In this document: positions 8,383-16,904 of the stretch, one piece after another
Layout: each line of letters opens with the position of its first letter
Position numbering within the stretch: the first letter of the stretch is position 1
Virus record (IMG/VR): IMGVR_UViG_3300033514_000261
Coordinates: 1-33,072 of that record
Reading direction: 5' to 3' (one strand)
Origin: a virus
Taxonomy: Duplodnaviria; Caudoviricetes
DNA: 33,072 nucleotides
Position numbers and translations under genes: made by a program
Notes under the pieces: generated by a model
What the model was told of the DNA's origin: nothing
The model's database searches: none
What the model saw: the letters and a program-made list of their open reading frames with translations, nothing else

Positions 8383-8466
8383 ACCCCTATGGTGAAATTT
8401 GGTAGACGCAACGGTTTTAAAAGCCGTCATCCTTTGGATATGCAGGTTCGATGCCTGTTAGGGGTA
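8383..8466 (+). tRNA. trnL: tRNA-Leu(TAA), intronless
   Basis: accccta/taggggt; acggt-ttTAAaa-gccgt; variable arm present. Confidence 0.88.
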
Positions 8467-8541
8467 CAAAATTTTAACTTATTACCCATCGGAAGGTGGG
8501 AAATACATCTGAAAATAATTACGTAATAAAAGCAGATGTTT

Positions 8542-8617
8542 TCCGATATAACTCAGTTGGCTAGAGTACCCTCACAAGCTTTGGGGGATGTCACAGGTTC
8601 GAATCCTGTTATCGGCA
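8542..8617 (+). tRNA. tRNA with non-canonical anticodon arm (isotype undetermined)
   Basis: Good D arm and T arm; anticodon arm ccctca-caagctt-tggggg lacks U33 and purine-37. Confidence 0.6.
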
Positions 8618-8886
8618 CTAGAGTGGTGTAAGGGTAATGGTTAATCCTGGCAGGGATTAGACACTATGTTTATAACAGCTTATTAATTGAAACTGCCAGT
8701 GATATTAGTAAGTACCGGGAAAACCGGCCTCGCGTAATAGGATTTTTCTATTTATCCTAGTCTTAAATAGAATGGTGGTGTAGTTGAAGTAAAATTCAGC
8801 CCCAATCAGTTTTCTTGGCTTCTGGTAAAAAACCAAGATTTTAAAATATTTCAGTTTTCTTGGTTTCTGTCAAAAATCATATTTTT

Positions 8887-8967
8887 AGGGTGTGTGGTGT
8901 AATTGGTTAGCATATTTCCCTGTCACGGAAATGGTATATAAACGGGGTTCGAATCCCCCACATCCTG
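8887..8967 (+). tRNA. trnD: tRNA-Asp(GTC)
   Basis: tttcc-ctGTCac-ggaaa; G73; enlarged variable region. Confidence 0.85.
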
Positions 8968-9007
8968 CAATTCAGTTTTCTTGGTTTCTGTCAAAAATCA
9001 TATTTTT

Positions 9008-9086
9008 AGGGTGTGTGGTGTAATTGGTTAGCATAAAATCCTGTCACGATTTTGGTATTGGGGTTCGAGTCCCCCACATCCTGCCA
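9008..9086 (+). tRNA. trnD: tRNA-Asp(GTC), second copy with encoded CCA
   Basis: aaatc-ctGTCac-gattt; ends acatcct-G-CCA. Confidence 0.9.
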
Positions 9087-9155
9087 ATGTTTATAGTATA
9101 AGAAAAGAGTTCAAAATGAACTTACACCGTTTTATATATACAAATAAAAAAGTTT

Positions 9156-10064
9156 ATGAATAAATGTTTATATTGTGGTAAAGAAGTAAAGAATAAATTT
9201 TGTAATACTAGTTGTCAGAATAGATATCAGAAAAGAAAACCTACATCTGAACAACTTAAAAAAGGTAAAATTACAAGATTTGGTGAATTTAAACCTTTTA
9301 TGGTTGTTTGTAATAAATGTGAAAAAGAATTTGAAGTGATTGAAAGAGAAAAATTACATCCACAAAAAGAAAAATATTATTGTTCAAGAAGCTGTGCTAA
9401 TTCAAGACAACATACAGAAGAATCAAAATTAAAAACAAGTAATAGTATTAAGAAATTAATTGAAAATGGTAATGCACCCGGTGTTTTAGCAAAATATGAA
9501 AATATTCAATTATCAGAAAATAAAACAATACATAATAAAAAATGTAAAAATTGTGAAAAAGAATTTGAAACAAAAAAAGTAAACCAAAAATATTGTTCAA
9601 GATTATGTTCTTCAAGAAATGCGATTAAACTTGCATCTTTAAAAATACAAGAAAAAATGAGAAATGATCCAGAGTGGTGGTCAAAAATACAAAAGAAAGC
9701 ATATTCAAATGGACATAATTATGTAGCAGGAGGAACTTGTAGGTGGTATGATTATAAGGATATAAGGGTACAAGGAACATATGAATTAAGGACTTGTTCT
9801 ATATTAGATAGATGGAAAGAAACTGGTAAGATAAAAGATTGGAAATACACTAATGATAGATTTGATTATGTTGGTGTAGATGGTAAAAATCACACATATC
9901 TATTAGATTTTAAGATATTTGAAAATGATAATTCTTTTTATTATTTAGAAACAAAGGGTTGGGAAAAGGATAATGATAAATTAAAATGGGAATCAGTTAA
10001 AGAGAAAGGATTTAAATTAGAAATATGGTTTGAAGAAGATATAATTAAAAATGAATTAGGTTAA
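9156..10064 (+). CDS. Zn-finger PD-(D/E)xK endonuclease (homing/TnsA-like)
   Basis: Three CxxC...[FY]CxxxC repeats; QGTYE, YLLDF and LETKG nuclease motifs. Confidence 0.75.
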   Translation: MNKCLYCGKEVKNKFCNTSCQNRYQKRKPTSEQLKKGKITRFGEFKPFMVVCNKCEKEFEVIEREKLHPQKEKYYCSRSCANSRQHTEESKLKTSNSIKKLIENGNAPGVLAKYENIQLSENKTIHNKKCKNCEKEFETKKVNQKYCSRLCSSRNAIKLASLKIQEKMRNDPEWWSKIQKKAYSNGHNYVAGGTCRWYDYKDIRVQGTYELRTCSILDRWKETGKIKDWKYTNDRFDYVGVDGKNHTYLLDFKIFENDNSFYYLETKGWEKDNDKLKWESVKEKGFKLEIWFEEDIIKNELG

Positions 10065-10103
10065 ATTTATTTAATATATAAATAAAAAAATAATCAAATT
10101 ATT

Positions 10104-10343
10104 ATGAATAAAATTTTAGATAGAATGTTGTCAAGAATTCCTTGGGTATGGATAATAATATTAACTATATCAGTAGTAATCGCATTAATTATTAAAATAT
10201 TTATATCTGCACCATTTGCAGTTATACTATTTGGTGTATTCTTTACTATTGGACTTGGATTTTCTTTGTTCTTATTATTTAGACAATTATATTGGTTTAT
10301 AACTAAAAAGGGTGATTATGAGAAGAAAAATATTAAAAAATAG
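10104..10343 (+). CDS. Small membrane protein
   Basis: Two hydrophobic helices and a basic C-terminus. Confidence 0.7.
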   Translation: MNKILDRMLSRIPWVWIIILTISVVIALIIKIFISAPFAVILFGVFFTIGLGFSLFLLFRQLYWFITKKGDYEKKNIKK

Positions 10344-10854
10344 AAGAAGACCTACTTTTTGGTTAGAATTTATTCCAATTATATTTAAAAAGAATAAATC
10401 ATTTTCAATTGTAAAAGATTTTGAATTTACACCATCTACAATGTATTTCTTTGATGATGCAGACCAGTTTGATATAAATAAATTATTTGGTTTCAGTATA
10501 GGAATGCACCATCATAATTCATTTAGATTTGGATGGAGACCAAGTAAAGATTTAATGAAAATGGAAATTGATGGTTATGAATACCATAATAAAGTTAGAG
10601 TACCTGCTATTTTTCTTTATGAAATTGAAATAGGTAAGACTTATAGATTTAAAATGGATTTTTTATCTGATAAACAACAAGTAGTATATACTATTATTGA
10701 TAAAGATATACTTAATGCATGTTATGATAAAACACTTGTTACTCATACAAGTAATGTTGATGTAAAAAAATGTTGGGGATATAGTTTGAGTTTATATTTT
10801 GGTGGTAATAAAAAAGCACCACATGATATGATATTCTTCCAAACAAATTTTTAA
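10312..10854 (+). CDS. Hypothetical protein
   Basis: 180-aa ORF; DINKLFGFS, RFGWR and YFGGNKKAP look conserved but are unassigned. Confidence 0.7.
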   Translation: MIMRRKILKNRRRPTFWLEFIPIIFKKNKSFSIVKDFEFTPSTMYFFDDADQFDINKLFGFSIGMHHHNSFRFGWRPSKDLMKMEIDGYEYHNKVRVPAIFLYEIEIGKTYRFKMDFLSDKQQVVYTIIDKDILNACYDKTLVTHTSNVDVKKCWGYSLSLYFGGNKKAPHDMIFFQTNF

Positions 10855-10884
10855 AAATAAAATTATTAATTAAATTATTAAAAT

Positions 10885-10957
10885 GCTTCCTTAACTCAGT
10901 TGGTAGAGTGATACTCTTGTAAAGTATATGTCATTAGTTCGATCCTAATAGGAAGCT
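10885..10957 (+). tRNA. trnT: tRNA-Thr(TGT)
   Basis: gcttcct/aggaagc; atact-ctTGTaa-agtat. Confidence 0.92.
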
Positions 10958-11104
10958 CAAATTATATGTAAATCCTTAGATGGGTTTTTGGATAAGAACA
11001 GGAGTACTACTTTTCTTATTGGGTGTAAAAAGTTATTTGGTCGCTCCATTGAAACATTTATACAATCAAAATATCGAATTGGTTTTTAAACATATATTTC
11101 ATTT

Positions 11105-11186
11105 GGAGGTACGCATGCAAGGTGCATAACTGGACTTGAAATCCAGGCCAACCTGAGGGTTGAGGTTTCGATTACTTGTATCTCCG
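11105..11186 (+). tRNA. trnS: tRNA-Ser(TGA)
   Basis: ggaggta/tatctcc with G73; ctgga-ctTGAaa-tccag; variable arm. Confidence 0.8.
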
Positions 11187-11247
11187 CTAATTAATGAAAT
11201 GGAAAAAAGAGGTAGTCTTGATTTTTATATATAAAAATAAAAAGATT

Positions 11248-12021
11248 ATGCATAATTGTTCAAAATGTAATAAGGAATTTAAATTTAAATCATCTGTATC
11301 TAATCACGAAAAATCTTGTAATGGAACTGGGTTAGGTAATAAAAGAAAAAAGAAACCACCTTTTATTTGTCCTAAATGTGGATTTGAAATAAAAAGTTCA
11401 AGAGAAAAACACGTAAATTATTGTGATGGAAGTGGACCAAGAAGAAAAAGACCATTAAAAGGATATCATTCTTGGAATAAAGGTAAAAAATATAAAGATG
11501 TATTTAGTATTGAAAAAAATTTAGAGATTTCCACTAAAATTAGTAATAAATTAAAATTAGCATTTAAAAGTGGTAAAATAACAGGAAGATGTGCTGATCC
11601 AGAAAAGGAAAAAGAAAGGAAAAGAAAAATTTCTGAAACTATGATTTTAAAAAGACTTGGTGGATATAGAAAAGGAAGTGGTAGAGGAAAACAAGGATGG
11701 TATAAAGGATATTGGTGTGATAGTAGTTGGGAATTAGCATATGTTATTTATAATTTAGAACATAATATAAAAATAGAAAGAAATAAAGAAAGGTTTAATT
11801 ATATATTTAATAATAGAAAATATACATATTCACCGGATTTTATAGTGAATAATGAATATATTGAAATAAAAGGATATATTACAGAACAAGTTAAAGCAAA
11901 AACAAATCAATTTCCAAATAAATTAATTGTTATAGATAAGTATGGTATAAAACCATATTTAGAATATGTAATAAATAAATATGGGAAAAATTTTATAGAT
12001 TTATATGATGATAATATTTAA
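11248..12021 (+). CDS. Zn-finger/NUMOD-like PD-(D/E)xK homing endonuclease
   Basis: Probable start ATG 11248 after TATATA; two CxxC..HxxxC; WNKG; DSSWE, YSPDF and IEIKG. Confidence 0.75.
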   Translation: MHNCSKCNKEFKFKSSVSNHEKSCNGTGLGNKRKKKPPFICPKCGFEIKSSREKHVNYCDGSGPRRKRPLKGYHSWNKGKKYKDVFSIEKNLEISTKISNKLKLAFKSGKITGRCADPEKEKERKRKISETMILKRLGGYRKGSGRGKQGWYKGYWCDSSWELAYVIYNLEHNIKIERNKERFNYIFNNRKYTYSPDFIVNNEYIEIKGYITEQVKAKTNQFPNKLIVIDKYGIKPYLEYVINKYGKNFIDLYDDNI

Positions 12022-12123
12022 AATAAGGTTCAAATCCTTATATCATCACACCAAAAACGCGACAGGTTATTAAAGTTTGGAAAATCCAACACCTAAATGG
12101 GAGGCTGGTCGCGTCCGCATAAT

Positions 12124-12211
12124 GGAAAGTTGACTGAGTTGGTCTATAGTGACACCCTGCTAAGGTGTTGTACGAGAAATTGTACCGTGAGTTCGAATCT
12201 CACACTTTCCG
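12124..12211 (+). tRNA. trnS: tRNA-Ser(GCT)
   Basis: ggaaagt/actttcc with G73; acacc-ctGCTaa-ggtgt; long variable arm. Confidence 0.92.
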
Positions 12212-12292
12212 CACTTTTTTTAAAATAAATTTGGATAGTTCAATAATTCGTATTATCTTTGCAATATTACTAATCACTTAACACATTACATT

Positions 12293-12484
12293 ATGAGAAC
12301 AATACTTGATATCATAATCCTAATGACTGGAATTTTTGTAAGTGGAATATCACTGATGATTTCTTGGAACATATGTAATTTATCACATAATACAAAATTT
12401 GTAGAATTTATGTTATTCCAGGGAATATCTTCTGTATTAGTATCAATATGTTCTTTTATTGAAACTATAATAATTAAAAATTAA
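12293..12484 (+). CDS. Small membrane protein
   Basis: Hydrophobic ORF downstream of promoter 12230-12261. Confidence 0.55.
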   Translation: MRTILDIIILMTGIFVSGISLMISWNICNLSHNTKFVEFMLFQGISSVLVSICSFIETIIIKN

Positions 12485-12535
12485 TTTGTTTATTCAGAAA
12501 TTAGTATTATCTTTGTAATCTAAATTATAAAACAT

Positions 12536-12976
12536 ATGAATAGAATTCACAAGTGGTCAAAGGAAGATACAATAGTAACTTACTTTTTTGTAAAGTTTGG
12601 AATAAAAGGACTTCCAGTTAAGGATGAAAAAGAACTTGCAGAATTTGTTATTGGTACAAGTGTTGTATCTTTACAGATGCAAGCATCAAATATCAGATAT
12701 CTACTTGGTTATGAAGATGGTGTATTAACTGACTTTTCAAAAGTTCAGTCTGATGTTGTTGACCAATATAAAAATACTTCAGTAGAAGAATTAAAACAGA
12801 TTGTTATTGACATTATTCTTAAAAGGGATTTTGAAGATAATGTAAAGAAGGTAAGGGAATCAATCAGATTGAAAGATTTGGAATTGAAGAAGAAGAATGC
12901 TAAGAATGAACTTGATGAAATTTTTAGAAAGATGGGTAAAGACCCTTCAAAGATGAAAAAAGTTGTAAAAAATTAA
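12536..12976 (+). CDS. Hypothetical protein
   Basis: ORF with its own Bacteroidota-type promoter. Confidence 0.75.
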   Translation: MNRIHKWSKEDTIVTYFFVKFGIKGLPVKDEKELAEFVIGTSVVSLQMQASNIRYLLGYEDGVLTDFSKVQSDVVDQYKNTSVEELKQIVIDIILKRDFEDNVKKVRESIRLKDLELKKKNAKNELDEIFRKMGKDPSKMKKVVKN

Positions 12977-12980
12977 AGAT

Positions 12981-13340
12981 ATGATAAACAGAAAAGAGTA
13001 TGCAAAACATTTGGTAGATAGGTTTGGTTCAACTGCATCTGCATCACAATGTATTGAAGAAATGTTGAAAGTATGTCCAGAAGGTCAAGATAGAATTGAC
13101 TTGAAAAAAACAAGAAAAATGATAAATGAAGATAGTCTTGGTAATAGAGTTTATGTTGGTTGTGTTATAGATAGAGGGGAAAGGCCATATTCATGGGTAC
13201 AAGATGGTTTTTTTAGAAGATGTTCTTCAAAGAAAGAAGCTAAGAAATACATAGCTGATTTGGGTAGAAAGATGAAATGTGTAAAGTATTTTACAGAAGA
13301 AGAATATAAAGAAATTAAAAAAAGACAAACAGGAAATTAA
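12981..13340 (+). CDS. Hypothetical protein
   Basis: Operonic ORF. Confidence 0.7.
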   Translation: MINRKEYAKHLVDRFGSTASASQCIEEMLKVCPEGQDRIDLKKTRKMINEDSLGNRVYVGCVIDRGERPYSWVQDGFFRRCSSKKEAKKYIADLGRKMKCVKYFTEEEYKEIKKRQTGN

Positions 13341-13346
13341 AGATAA

Positions 13347-13530
13347 GTAAGTTGGTCATTCTGTCAAATCAATGGTAGGCATACCATTAGAAAGGTGAGT
13401 TCGCTACTCGTATAATCTCTTATGGAGAGCCAAGTAACAGATATAGTGTCATAACCTAGTGCTGATGCATCATTAAAACTCAAATGAAGCACTAAATAGT
13501 GAAGTAATAATGGGTATTTCACCAACTTAC
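13347..13530 (+). ncRNA. Unassigned structured RNA, about 185 nt
   Basis: 10-bp closing stem gtaagttggt/accaacttac; hairpins aatggta-GGCA-taccatt and tagtgct/agcacta. Confidence 0.55.
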
Positions 13531-13557
13531 CCTTTTAAAAATATAAAAGAAAAATAT

Positions 13558-13791
13558 ATGAATCCTAAAGATATTTTGAATAAGTATAACATACTTGGTA
13601 ATTATTATGATTATCATCCAGATGGTAGTAGTGTTTGGGTAACAACGACACCAAGTAAAAATATTACTATTAAAGATGTATTAGATAAATTTACACCAGA
13701 ACAATTGATTGATGCAATTGGAGTGGATGAAGTACAAAATATTTTAAGAAATAAAAAATTAAGTTTTCTTAAAAAGAAATTAAACAAATAG
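13558..13791 (+). CDS. Hypothetical protein with C-terminal motif
   Basis: Likely start ATG 13558 (MNPKDIL); ends LRNKKLSFLKKKLNK. Confidence 0.7.
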   Translation: MNPKDILNKYNILGNYYDYHPDGSSVWVTTTPSKNITIKDVLDKFTPEQLIDAIGVDEVQNILRNKKLSFLKKKLNK

Positions 13792-13829
13792 TAGATTATA
13801 ATATATAAAGTATAGTTCTTTAAAATAAT

Positions 13830-14182
13830 GGCTTGGTGGTGAAATTGGTAGACACGCAGGACTTTATAACTAATTGATAATCAATGAGTTAAATAAATTG
13901 ATAATCAATATTATATGGAGTGCTAAAAGAGAAATCTTTTAAGTAGAATTTGTCAAATTCGGGGAATCCTTAACACATAGTGGTGATGGTAATCCCGAGC
14001 GAAGCATCTGTAAAAGGATGAACGTGTAGAGACTTAACGGCAAACACCTAAATAGAAATATATGGTGAAGAGAAAGTCCAGACTACAAATTTGTATGTAA
14101 AAATACAAAGCAGTGAAAACTGTAGTTAGTAAGAAAATCCTGTGGCTTCACGGCTGTGCGGGTTCAAGTCCCGCCCGAGCTA
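13830..14182 (+). tRNA. trnL: Intron-containing tRNA-Leu(UAA): exons 13830-13864 and 14134-14182
   Basis: Joining ...gcaggactt and aaaatcctgt... rebuilds cagga-ctTAAaa-tcctg; acceptor ggcttgg/ccgagct. Confidence 0.92.
13865..14133 (+). ncRNA. Group I intron (IC3-like), no ORF
   Basis: P aaattcggggaa, Q aatcccgagc, R gtagagacttaacgg, S aagagaaagtcc, terminal G; inserted at U^AA. Confidence 0.92.
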
Positions 14183-14197
14183 CAAAATTATTATAAA

Positions 14198-14443
14198 ATG
14201 AAAAAAATTTTTTTGTTATTTACATTTATATGTATAATAACTTCTTGTGAATCCAATAAAGTAACAGATAGAGAAATTGATACAATTGATTGGATATTAC
14301 TTTCTCCAAAACCTATTACTTGTGTTAGACTTGATACCACTGATAAAGAAATTCTTTACAATCTAACATATTCAAATGATACTTGTTCATATAATTATAT
14401 GACAGGATATATCAGATTAGATTTACCAGATACAATTAAATAA
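14198..14443 (+). CDS. Putative lipoprotein
   Basis: Start ATG 14198: MKKIFLLFTFICIITS-C lipoprotein-type signal. Confidence 0.65.
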   Translation: MKKIFLLFTFICIITSCESNKVTDREIDTIDWILLSPKPITCVRLDTTDKEILYNLTYSNDTCSYNYMTGYIRLDLPDTIK

Positions 14444-14468
14444 TTATTAACTTAAAATAAATAAAATT

Positions 14469-14750
14469 ATGGGAAAAATTACAGTAAGTGATGTGTATAA
14501 TTGGATGGAAGAATATGGAGAAGATCCTATTGTTGATGGTCCAATTGATTTAAGTGAAGAAGATGAACAAGAATTTTTGGAATCATTGGATAAGAATACT
14601 ATTGATGAAGATGACTTTGATTATTTGTTCCTCAATGGTGGTAGTGAAGATGAATACTTAGTAAATGCATGGGTTGACTTTTTGAATGAAAAAGAATATC
14701 CAAATGATTATCTTCTTGATGAAGATATGGATGAATTTGAAGATGAATAA
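14469..14750 (+). CDS. Highly acidic small protein
   Basis: Very D/E-rich 93-aa ORF. Confidence 0.7.
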   Translation: MGKITVSDVYNWMEEYGEDPIVDGPIDLSEEDEQEFLESLDKNTIDEDDFDYLFLNGGSEDEYLVNAWVDFLNEKEYPNDYLLDEDMDEFEDE

Positions 14751-14809
14751 TAAATTTGGTAAATTGAAAAAATAGTATTATCTTTGTAATCTAATTAAAT
14801 TTTAAAAAA

Positions 14810-15523
14810 ATGGGAAAACAACAAGACATTAAAATTCAAGAAATTGCACAAGATTTATTTAATCTTAAATTTGATGACCAAACTGGTATTGATAATTATT
14901 TCTTTGAGAAAATGTTTGATCAGTATTTAGGATTACATTGTAAGAATATTGAAAAATGGATTGATACTATTTTTGAAAAACAAACAGATAAAAAACGTTC
15001 ATATGGTGATATTGATTGGTCAGTGACCATTCTTAAAAATGATGATAGTAAAAGAGTATTATTTTTTGATAACCATGTAACTTGTGCCAGTGAAACAAAG
15101 TTTATTATAATTCAAGATGTCAGAAAAGATTATAAAAAAACTACACATTTCCGGATGGTTTGGAATAATTCAGATTATAAAAAAGGAAATCAATATGTAC
15201 ATAGACCTAATTTGAAATGGTATAAGGACAGAGGATTTGATCTGAATTTTAATGATAAATTACATATGACACCTCTTGGTGGTTCATATGGGGATTGTAG
15301 GGATCATGGTTTTTTAATGACTTTTAAGAAAGATATCCTTTCTAATATGTTAGGTGAAAGTTCAGATGATCCAGCAATTCAAAAAGTAATTGATTCTATA
15401 AAAGAATTTAATGAAGGAAGAGGGGATTATGATGTGGAAGATGGTTCTCTTTATAGATATAGTGAATTGAAAAGAGCAATATTTGATTTAAATTGTTCAG
15501 CAAATGAATTGAATAATAAATAG
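14810..15523 (+). CDS. Hypothetical protein
   Basis: ORF with promoter 14755-14786. Confidence 0.75.
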   Translation: MGKQQDIKIQEIAQDLFNLKFDDQTGIDNYFFEKMFDQYLGLHCKNIEKWIDTIFEKQTDKKRSYGDIDWSVTILKNDDSKRVLFFDNHVTCASETKFIIIQDVRKDYKKTTHFRMVWNNSDYKKGNQYVHRPNLKWYKDRGFDLNFNDKLHMTPLGGSYGDCRDHGFLMTFKKDILSNMLGESSDDPAIQKVIDSIKEFNEGRGDYDVEDGSLYRYSELKRAIFDLNCSANELNNK

Positions 15524-15590
15524 TTCTTTAAATAAATTTGGTATATTCAAAAAAGTTTGTTATCTTTGTAATCTAATTAAAACAAAAATT

Positions 15591-15884
15591 ATGAAAAACA
15601 TAACAAGAGCAACAGTAAAGAGTTTTATTAAGAAAAATAAAGAAAATCTTTTTATTAATGTTACATCTAGTTTTGATGGTATGGTAGATTGTTGTATGCC
15701 TCAAAAAGATGGTTTTGTAAAAGCCAAAGAAGATACACATAATATTGAGAATACTTTAGGAATTAATGGTGCTTGGTTTGTAGGTAGTAGCAGAGATTAT
15801 TTTACTGCTTATGATAAAAATGGTTTCGAAGGAATTGAAGTTTATAATTCCTGTGGTTGTTTTACTTTAGCTGTAAAAAAATAA
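15591..15884 (+). CDS. Hypothetical protein
   Basis: ORF with promoter 15537-15568. Confidence 0.75.
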   Translation: MKNITRATVKSFIKKNKENLFINVTSSFDGMVDCCMPQKDGFVKAKEDTHNIENTLGINGAWFVGSSRDYFTAYDKNGFEGIEVYNSCGCFTLAVKK

Positions 15885-15926
15885 TGAAAAATAAATAGTA
15901 TTAACTTTAAAAATAAATAAAAAAAA

Positions 15927-16157
15927 ATGGCACAAAAATTAGGAAAAGTAGTAAAAGATGTAGTAGGATACAAAGTTCGTATAATGTTGTCCAGTAAGAC
16001 ATCAGAAAAACCAGGTCGTGGTGATAAGGTTGTAAAGGTAACAAAGTTACTTGATAATGGTACTTTTGGTGTATATGCTGGTAAGAAGAAACTTGTAAAA
16101 AATGGTTTCAAATCAGTTGATGAAGCTACTACATATGTACTTGATAAAGTAGTATAA
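15927..16157 (+). CDS. Small basic protein
   Basis: K/V-rich ORF with A-rich leader. Confidence 0.7.
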   Translation: MAQKLGKVVKDVVGYKVRIMLSSKTSEKPGRGDKVVKVTKLLDNGTFGVYAGKKKLVKNGFKSVDEATTYVLDKVV

Positions 16158-16158
16158 T

Positions 16159-16218
16159 AAATATCCCTACCAATACTGTATATTTGTAGACCTACCCTCT
16201 TTATTGGTAGGGATATTT
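16159..16218. repeat. 17-bp perfect inverted repeat (possible terminator or processing stem)
   Basis: aaatatccctaccaata / tattggtagggatattt. Confidence 0.7.
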
Positions 16219-16233
16219 TTAAAACTTTAAATT

Positions 16234-16572
16234 ATGATAAATCAAACTATATTAAATGATGAAATCTTTTACCTTAAAAAAGTTAAGTACAAAGGTAATA
16301 TTCAAGATATAAAATTAGAATATTGCAAAGATGAAGAAGGAAACTATATTTATCTTGTACAAATTAGGATTAAGAAATCACAAAAGAATAAAGGTTATGG
16401 TTCATCAGTACTTTCAGAAGTTATTGAACTTGCAGATAAACATAATCTTAGAATTAAACTTTGGGCAACAGATGTATTTGGTGCTGATTTGAATAGGTTG
16501 ATTGAATTCTATAAAAGATTTGGATTTGTTTTATTGGAAGAAAATAAAATGGTTTATTATCCAAAAGAATAA
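16234..16572 (+). CDS. GNAT-family acetyltransferase
   Basis: QKNKGYGS acetyl-CoA motif A and FYKRFGF motif B. Confidence 0.8.
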   Translation: MINQTILNDEIFYLKKVKYKGNIQDIKLEYCKDEEGNYIYLVQIRIKKSQKNKGYGSSVLSEVIELADKHNLRIKLWATDVFGADLNRLIEFYKRFGFVLLEENKMVYYPKE

Positions 16573-16578
16573 TTGAAG

Positions 16579-16652
16579 GGGCCTTTAGCTCAGTTGGTCA
16601 GAGCGGCGGACTCATAATCCGAAGGTCGGGGGATCATGCCCCTCAAGGCCCA
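16579..16652 (+). tRNA. tRNA with CAT anticodon (Ile2-like or Met)
   Basis: gggcctt/aaggccc; cgga-ctCATaa-tccg; atypical T loop atcatgc. Confidence 0.8.
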
Positions 16653-16671
16653 CAAATTTAAAAAATTTAAA

Positions 16672-16893
16672 ATGGCTATACTAAATTTCCTATTTAAAGA
16701 AAAACACACATTTGATGAAAACAATCCTATTGTTGATGTAATAACAATAACAGAAGAATATCAATTATCAGGAAGGAAAGTAGTTAAAAAGATGATTGTT
16801 ACTGGATTTACTTGTACTAAATGTGGTAGAGTATTGTGGGTTGATAAAGAAGATTTAAAAAATGTTTCAGGTGAACAAAAATATTGTAAATAA
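16672..16893 (+). CDS. Small Zn-binding protein
   Basis: Likely start ATG 16672; CTKC motif. Confidence 0.6.
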   Translation: MAILNFLFKEKHTFDENNPIVDVITITEEYQLSGRKVVKKMIVTGFTCTKCGRVLWVDKEDLKNVSGEQKYCK

Positions 16894-16904
16894 AATTAAA
16901 TAAT

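Larger units (their letters stand above)
8806..9086 (+). repeat. Triplicated spacer motif and duplicated spacer+tRNA-Asp unit
   Basis: tcagttttcttgg(c/t)ttctg at about 8806, 8851 and 8972; the last two continue identically into tRNA-Asp. Confidence 0.8.

Noticed and set aside
8619-8804. tmRNA
   Set aside because: Too short; no alanine acceptor with G3-U70 and no clear tag frame.
10960-11100. Structured RNA between tRNA-Thr and tRNA-Ser
   Set aside because: Only a weak AT-rich closing stem (atatgt/acatat); not distinguishable from chance by eye.
16234-16572. GNAT as AblB partner of kamA (N-acetyl-beta-lysine synthesis)
   Set aside because: 15 kb from kamA and a minimal single GNAT domain, much shorter than AblB.
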